From the NCBI GenBank assembly GCA_963675525.2, contig CAXXSL010000016.1, positions 576,001 to 640,000 of the forward strand: a DNA stretch of 64,000 nt, in the 5' to 3' direction. The translations under genes were made by a program, and so were the position numbers. The notes below the pieces were generated by a model. It saw only the letters and a list, made by a program, of their open reading frames with translations, did no database searches and had not been told where the DNA came from. Numbering within the stretch: the stretch's first letter is position 1; each line of letters starts with the position of its first letter. Shown here in pieces: positions 60,217 through 64,000 of this stretch. Source of the DNA: Anaerohalosphaeraceae bacterium (lineage in GTDB: Bacteria; Planctomycetota; Phycisphaerae; Sedimentisphaerales; Anaerohalosphaeraceae).

Positions 60217-61161
60217 CTACGGGGTAAGTATCTCTTCGTCTATTTCTAAATCCACGTGGATGTCCGGCTTAATCATTTCAAATAAGCCGACGGACGGGTA
60301 CGATACAGTACAGTCCAGCGCATTCTTGTCGCGGGTCAGTACCACAGACTGGATCAGCGGTCCTTTTTTCTCCATGTTATGCAGCGCCGCAAACGCCAAC
60401 AGTCCCCTCGCAATTTGCTCAATCTGTATCGCAGCCTGTTCGTCTTTGGCTTCCAGGTGAAGCGTGGCCGTCATATTAGCATCTTTCTCAGCCGCCAGCA
60501 CCGCGATCAGATGGGTATTTTTCAGGATGGCCGCCTGTTCATTGTCCGGGGCCAACTGGGACAGTTCGGTCGCAGCCGCCATGAAGATGGGATTGTCCCG
60601 ACCCTGACAAAGCTGATAAAGCGCTGAATCAGTATCCCCGGCCAGTGACGCTCGTTTCCCCGCAAGAACATCCAGCGTATCAATAACGGCGTCTTCGGTC
60701 TGCCCGATGACGATCAGGTCATCGCCGGCGAAGGCCCCGTACTGTTCCTTACTGCGCTTCTCATCCATCCAGTGATGCACGGGGGTGCCTTCGTATTCAC
60801 GTTTGGAGTAAGCGCCATTCAGAACCAGCAGCGCCAATAGTTTATCCTTATCGTAACGGCCGCGAAACAGGATCGTGGCGTTTGTTTCACCGGGACCGTT
60901 TCCATAGAGTGTAACATCGTACAAGTCGCGGGTCACATCGCTGCCCAGAAGTTCGGCCAGCGCGCCGATCTTGTCCTCGCATTGGGCCTGGAGCTCACCC
61001 TGGAGCAGTTGCCCGAACTCGCTGCTGCGCAACGCGTCAAGATCAACATGCACCAGCCATTGGGCGTCGCCGCTGACGTGCTTCTCCTGCAGGGGACTTG
61101 AGAAAACGGTACTATGAGCCGTTAGAAGTGTGATACAGGCTAATAATAGGAGCCTTTTCAT
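60217..61161 (-). CDS. Exported hypothetical protein
   Basis: Signal peptide MKRLLLLACITLL; 314 aa. Confidence 0.75.
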   Translation of the reverse strand: MKRLLLLACITLLTAHSTVFSSPLQEKHVSGDAQWLVHVDLDALRSSEFGQLLQGELQAQCEDKIGALAELLGSDVTRDLYDVTLYGNGPGETNATILFRGRYDKDKLLALLVLNGAYSKREYEGTPVHHWMDEKRSKEQYGAFAGDDLIVIGQTEDAVIDTLDVLAGKRASLAGDTDSALYQLCQGRDNPIFMAAATELSQLAPDNEQAAILKNTHLIAVLAAEKDANMTATLHLEAKDEQAAIQIEQIARGLLAFAALHNMEKKGPLIQSVVLTRDKNALDCTVSYPSVGLFEMIKPDIHVDLEIDEEILTP

Positions 61162-61237
61162 CGTCTTTTCCTTTCTAAATGAAGGTGATTTATTCTACGT
61201 TACGGACCGCTGTACAGCAAGTGTTTACAGCCCCTTA

Positions 61238-61264
61238 TACGCACACCCTCCCCAAAATGTTACA
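61238..61264 (-). promoter_or_regulatory. ECF-type promoter
   Basis: TGTAAC-N17-CGTA upstream of the exported protein/ECF/anti-sigma operon. Confidence 0.55.
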
Positions 61265-61307
61265 CCGGCAGGAATTTTTACCAATCAGACATCAAACAAC
61301 CGCCCTG

Positions 61308-61370
61308 TCCTCCGGAGCCTTGGCGAAGGGGGATTGGAAATAGGAAATAGAAAATAGAAAATTGGAAATT
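61308..61370. repeat. REP-like hairpin plus five heptamer repeats
   Basis: TCCTCCGGAGCCTTGGCGAAGGGGGA, then TTGGAAA TAGGAAA TAGAAAA TAGAAAA TTGGAAA. Confidence 0.6.
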
Positions 61371-61395
61371 AATATCCTGCTCACACAGGCGATAA

Positions 61396-61719
61396 TTATT
61401 TTACTTCTTTATACGTTTCAGGTTTTGTATCAGAATCTTTGTCTTTGCTGTCCTCAGATTCTTTTTTAAGTAAACTAATACCAAATTGTTGCGCAAAACT
61501 TTCAATCTCCTTTAACCATTCACTTTCTTTTACGTAATCTTCTGATTCTTTGTCAATCGCTTGAATTCGCTTATATTCACCTATGATAAACTCATCTGTA
61601 CCCCCAACGAACGCAACACCCCAGTTTAAGATAGCGCCACGCGAACCCAATCGAACCCAAAAAATGTCACCCCGGACCTCGATCCGGGGCAAACCCAATG
61701 TTGCATACCTCGACTCCAT
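61396..61719 (-). CDS. Hypothetical protein, possibly a gene remnant
   Basis: 107 aa, AT-rich 3' part, no RBS, starts immediately after a terminator. Confidence 0.35.
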   Translation of the reverse strand: MESRYATLGLPRIEVRGDIFWVRLGSRGAILNWGVAFVGGTDEFIIGEYKRIQAIDKESEDYVKESEWLKEIESFAQQFGISLLKKESEDSKDKDSDTKPETYKEVK

Positions 61720-61725
61720 CGGCGC

Positions 61726-61760
61726 AAAAAAAAGCCGACCGGCGTTCTGCCGATCGGCTT
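61726..61760 (-). terminator. Intrinsic terminator T2 of the RGPP unit
   Basis: GCCGATCGGC-AGAAC-GCCGGTCGGC followed by T8. Confidence 0.85.
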
Positions 61761-61861
61761 ATTTCCCTTACTCAGGAGGAGGAGGTGGAAAGTTTTTTAT
61801 GATCGTATCATTGCTTTTCGTTTTGTGCCCTTCTGTCTTTTAAAATAGGACCTTTCCTTTC

Positions 61862-62137
61862 TCATTCCGGCGGACCGCGTTCGTGCGTATTCCAACACGG
61901 TCGATAGAAATTGATAAGAGCGTTATTTTTATACCTCGGCGGCATAAGATAAATTCGCAAATCAGGACACTGTTTAGTGTTTCCCGGTACTGTATAAACC
62001 ATACATAATAAAATCCATCGCTGCCGCTTCGAATAAAAAAAAAGGCTCATCGTTTGATGAGCCGGTGGACCTCTACCATCCAGAGCGAACAGCGGTGGAC
62101 TCTTGAAGCCTCGTTTGTGGGTGTGGGAGATTGGCAT
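61862..62137 (-). CDS. Small ORF with KSPP and two RGPP motifs; an internal ATG at 61945 may start a separate 27-aa peptide
   Basis: Strong RBS GAAAGGA; MPISHTHKRGFKSPPLFALDGRGPP...MPPRYKNNALINFYRPCWNTHERGPPE*. Confidence 0.6.
   Translation of the reverse strand: MPISHTHKRGFKSPPLFALDGRGPPAHQTMSLFFYSKRQRWILLCMVYTVPGNTKQCPDLRIYLMPPRYKNNALINFYRPCWNTHERGPPE
62035..62063 (-). terminator. Intrinsic terminator/attenuator T1 directly after RGPP codons
   Basis: GGCTCATC-AAAC-GATGAGCC followed by T9. Confidence 0.85.
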
Positions 62138-62211
62138 CTTGCGTCCTTTCGGATATATGGGTGCTTGTTTTCAATTTATTCAGTTATAGATAATAGCGAT
62201 TTTAAAGAGCG

Positions 62212-62301
62212 TTAAAAAAAGTTCGTTTTTTGGCGTTTCGGCGGACCCCGGGCCCCTTCAACAGCCAGCGTTATTTCTGATGTGTTTTGAAAAGCAGTCA
62301 T
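62212..62301 (-). CDS. 29-aa RGPP-containing small ORF (below the ORF-track cutoff)
   Basis: MTAFQNTSEITLAVEGARGPPKRQKTNFF*; G-rich RBS upstream. Confidence 0.6.
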   Translation of the reverse strand: MTAFQNTSEITLAVEGARGPPKRQKTNFF

Positions 62302-62364
62302 TCTTTTGCCCCCCGGCGATTATTGCTTTTATTTACTTTTCTTTTAACCTCAACAACAAAAGTG

Positions 62365-62393
62365 AGTATACCCGAACGCGAATGATATTTCAA
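62365..62393 (-). promoter_or_regulatory. Sigma-70-like promoter of the RGPP unit
   Basis: TTGAAA-N17-TATACT. Confidence 0.7.
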
Positions 62394-62522
62394 GTTATTA
62401 TAAAGGAAATATAAGTAAATGTCGGAAAATTAATTAATATATGGCTTTTTGTGAACAATATACTTGTATTATGAGACATTGAGGTTATATTTTTTCTTTA
62501 CATCTGTTTTTTTTTCGGTTCA

Positions 62523-63029
62523 TTACTCGGCCGGATACATGAATTCCGGCATTCGACGAGGTTTTCCCTGCCGGTCCACACAGGCCAGAATGCTGCTGCC
62601 CTCAGCCAGAATCAGGCCTGTCTGGGCACGTTTGAGGATATAGGTATGTTCGACGCGGGCATTGGTAATGCGTGAGCAGATGGTTGTCAATTCGAGGTTT
62701 TCATCATAAAAACAGGGTCTGCGGTACTTGGCGGTCAGTTCGGAAACCACAAAGAATATCCCCGCTTTTTCGAGCTGACTGTAGGCCAGGCCGTTGACAC
62801 GGAGCAGTTCCGTGCGGCCCATCTCGAACCACACCGGGTAAACCGTATGATGCACCACGCCGGCCTGGTCCGTCTCGCAATAACGCGGGATGATCGATAT
62901 GGTGTGCTCGGCGATCTTTGTGCAATCGGGAAAATCGATTGCCGGCTGGTGGTCGAAATCGCTGCTTCGGGGTTCTACGCGCATTTTGTCAGTCCTCTGT
63001 CTTAAGTCTTTAGCCTTCAGGTTAACCAA
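62523..63029 (-). CDS. Acyl-CoA thioesterase (YbgC/4HBT family); true start probably downstream of 63029
   Basis: RYCETDQAGVVHH.VY..WFE.GRTE. Confidence 0.9.
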   Translation of the reverse strand: MVNLKAKDLRQRTDKMRVEPRSSDFDHQPAIDFPDCTKIAEHTISIIPRYCETDQAGVVHHTVYPVWFEMGRTELLRVNGLAYSQLEKAGIFFVVSELTAKYRRPCFYDENLELTTICSRITNARVEHTYILKRAQTGLILAEGSSILACVDRQGKPRRMPEFMYPAE

Positions 63030-63130
63030 TGGTACTGTAAGCAGACAGATTTTTCAAGCCGGAGGGAAAAAAGTTGTTTCCAAAGACTCTGTGTCTATAA
63101 TAAACACCAAACCCATAAAGAAGGGCTCAC

Positions 63131-64000
63131 ATGGCACTGGAAATCTGGACAATCAAAAAACTGCTGGAGTGGATCAGTGATTACTTCGAGACTAACGGCG
63201 TGGATTCGCCGCGGCTGTCTGCCGAGCTTTTGCTGTGCCATATCCTGAAGCTGGAACGCATTCAGCTTTATACGCTGTATGACCGTGTGGTGCAGGCCGA
63301 GCAACTTGCCGCACTGAGGGCACTTGTCAAACGCGGCGCCGAACATGAGCCGGTCGCTTACCTGGTTGGGCGGTGCGAGTTTTATTCATTGGGCCTGAAG
63401 ATTACGCCGGACTGTTTGATCCCGCGACCGGAAACCGAACATCTGGTCGAGCGATCAGTTGATTTTCTGCGGCAGCGATCCGGCCCGCAGTACGTGCTGG
63501 ATTTGTGTGCCGGGTCGGGCTGTATCGCCGCGGCGATTGCGAAAAATGTTAAGGATGTGCAGGTCGTGGCGACAGACATTTGCGACAATGCGCTGAAAGT
63601 CGCGGCTGAAAACATCGCCCGGCATAAACTGGAAGACAAGGTTACGTTGCTGTGCGGGGATTTATTCGATGCGATCATCGAGGGGCTGGATGAAACGCGG
63701 TTTGACCTGATCGTGTCCAACCCGCCGTATGTCAGCGATATTGAATATGAAAAGCTCGACCATAACGTCAAAAAGTACGAGCCGAAACTGGCACTCTATG
63801 CGGGGATTGACGGGCTGGATATCTATCAGCGTATTCTGGAAAAGGTGGATGACTTTTTAAAGCCGGACGGGGCACTGATGATGGAAATCGGCTACGCGCA
63901 AGGCCCGGCCATTCAAAAAATGCTGGAAGCAACCAACATCTTCAAAGAAATACGTATCGAGAAAGATTTCGCCAACAACGACCGCATCGCCATCGCAAAA
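63131..64000 (+). CDS. prmC: Release factor glutamine methyltransferase (runs off window end)
   Basis: Manual translation: MALEIWTIKKLL..HEPVAYL..LIPRPETE..LDLCAGSG..VSNPPY..EP..AL. Confidence 0.96.
   Translation, partial: MALEIWTIKKLLEWISDYFETNGVDSPRLSAELLLCHILKLERIQLYTLYDRVVQAEQLAALRALVKRGAEHEPVAYLVGRCEFYSLGLKITPDCLIPRPETEHLVERSVDFLRQRSGPQYVLDLCAGSGCIAAAIAKNVKDVQVVATDICDNALKVAAENIARHKLEDKVTLLCGDLFDAIIEGLDETRFDLIVSNPPYVSDIEYEKLDHNVKKYEPKLALYAGIDGLDIYQRILEKVDDFLKPDGALMMEIGYAQGPAIQKMLEATNIFKEIRIEKDFANNDRIAIAK

Noticed and set aside
61583..61843. Plus-strand 86-aa ORF containing GGGGG
   Set aside because: Antisense to the PPPPP tract and terminator; no RBS or recognisable features
63131..64000. 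Functional link between prmC and the RGPP unit
   Set aside because: prmC is divergent and separated by the thioesterase gene; proximity alone is not evidence

Overview
This 64 kb window is mostly core bacterial chromosome. It most resembles an anaerobic Planctomycetota/Phycisphaerae genome; this is inferred from the S1, FtsK and sigma-factor style and is unverified. In order it holds: a Na+-type V/A-ATPase operon (truncated in subunit B); an LPS heptosyltransferase; a GH78 rhamnosidase; an ArsR-ArsP-Acr3 arsenic/redox operon with a cluster of +1 frameshifts; a PIG-L/GT4/GH100 operon; an AroK-AroC fusion; FtsK; an SGNH/carbamoyltransferase/SxtJ/DUF5989 module; tRNA-His with a 2.5 kb att-bounded nuclease+DinB islet; two-component genes with an orphan CheD; housekeeping genes (proS, aroB, apt, sigma-70, rpsA, ispH, purE, prmC); and an ECF sigma operon. 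Two features stand out. (1) An unannotated ~650 nt minus-strand unit at 61726-62393 has a consensus promoter, three RGPP ribosome-arrest-like motifs in short ORFs (one abutting an intrinsic terminator), a PPPPP tract and a second terminator. (2) An orphan ParA/MinD ATPase is fused to a glycogen-binding CBM48-like domain and is a candidate glycogen-granule positioning protein. No CRISPR array, rRNA, integrase or transposase was seen.
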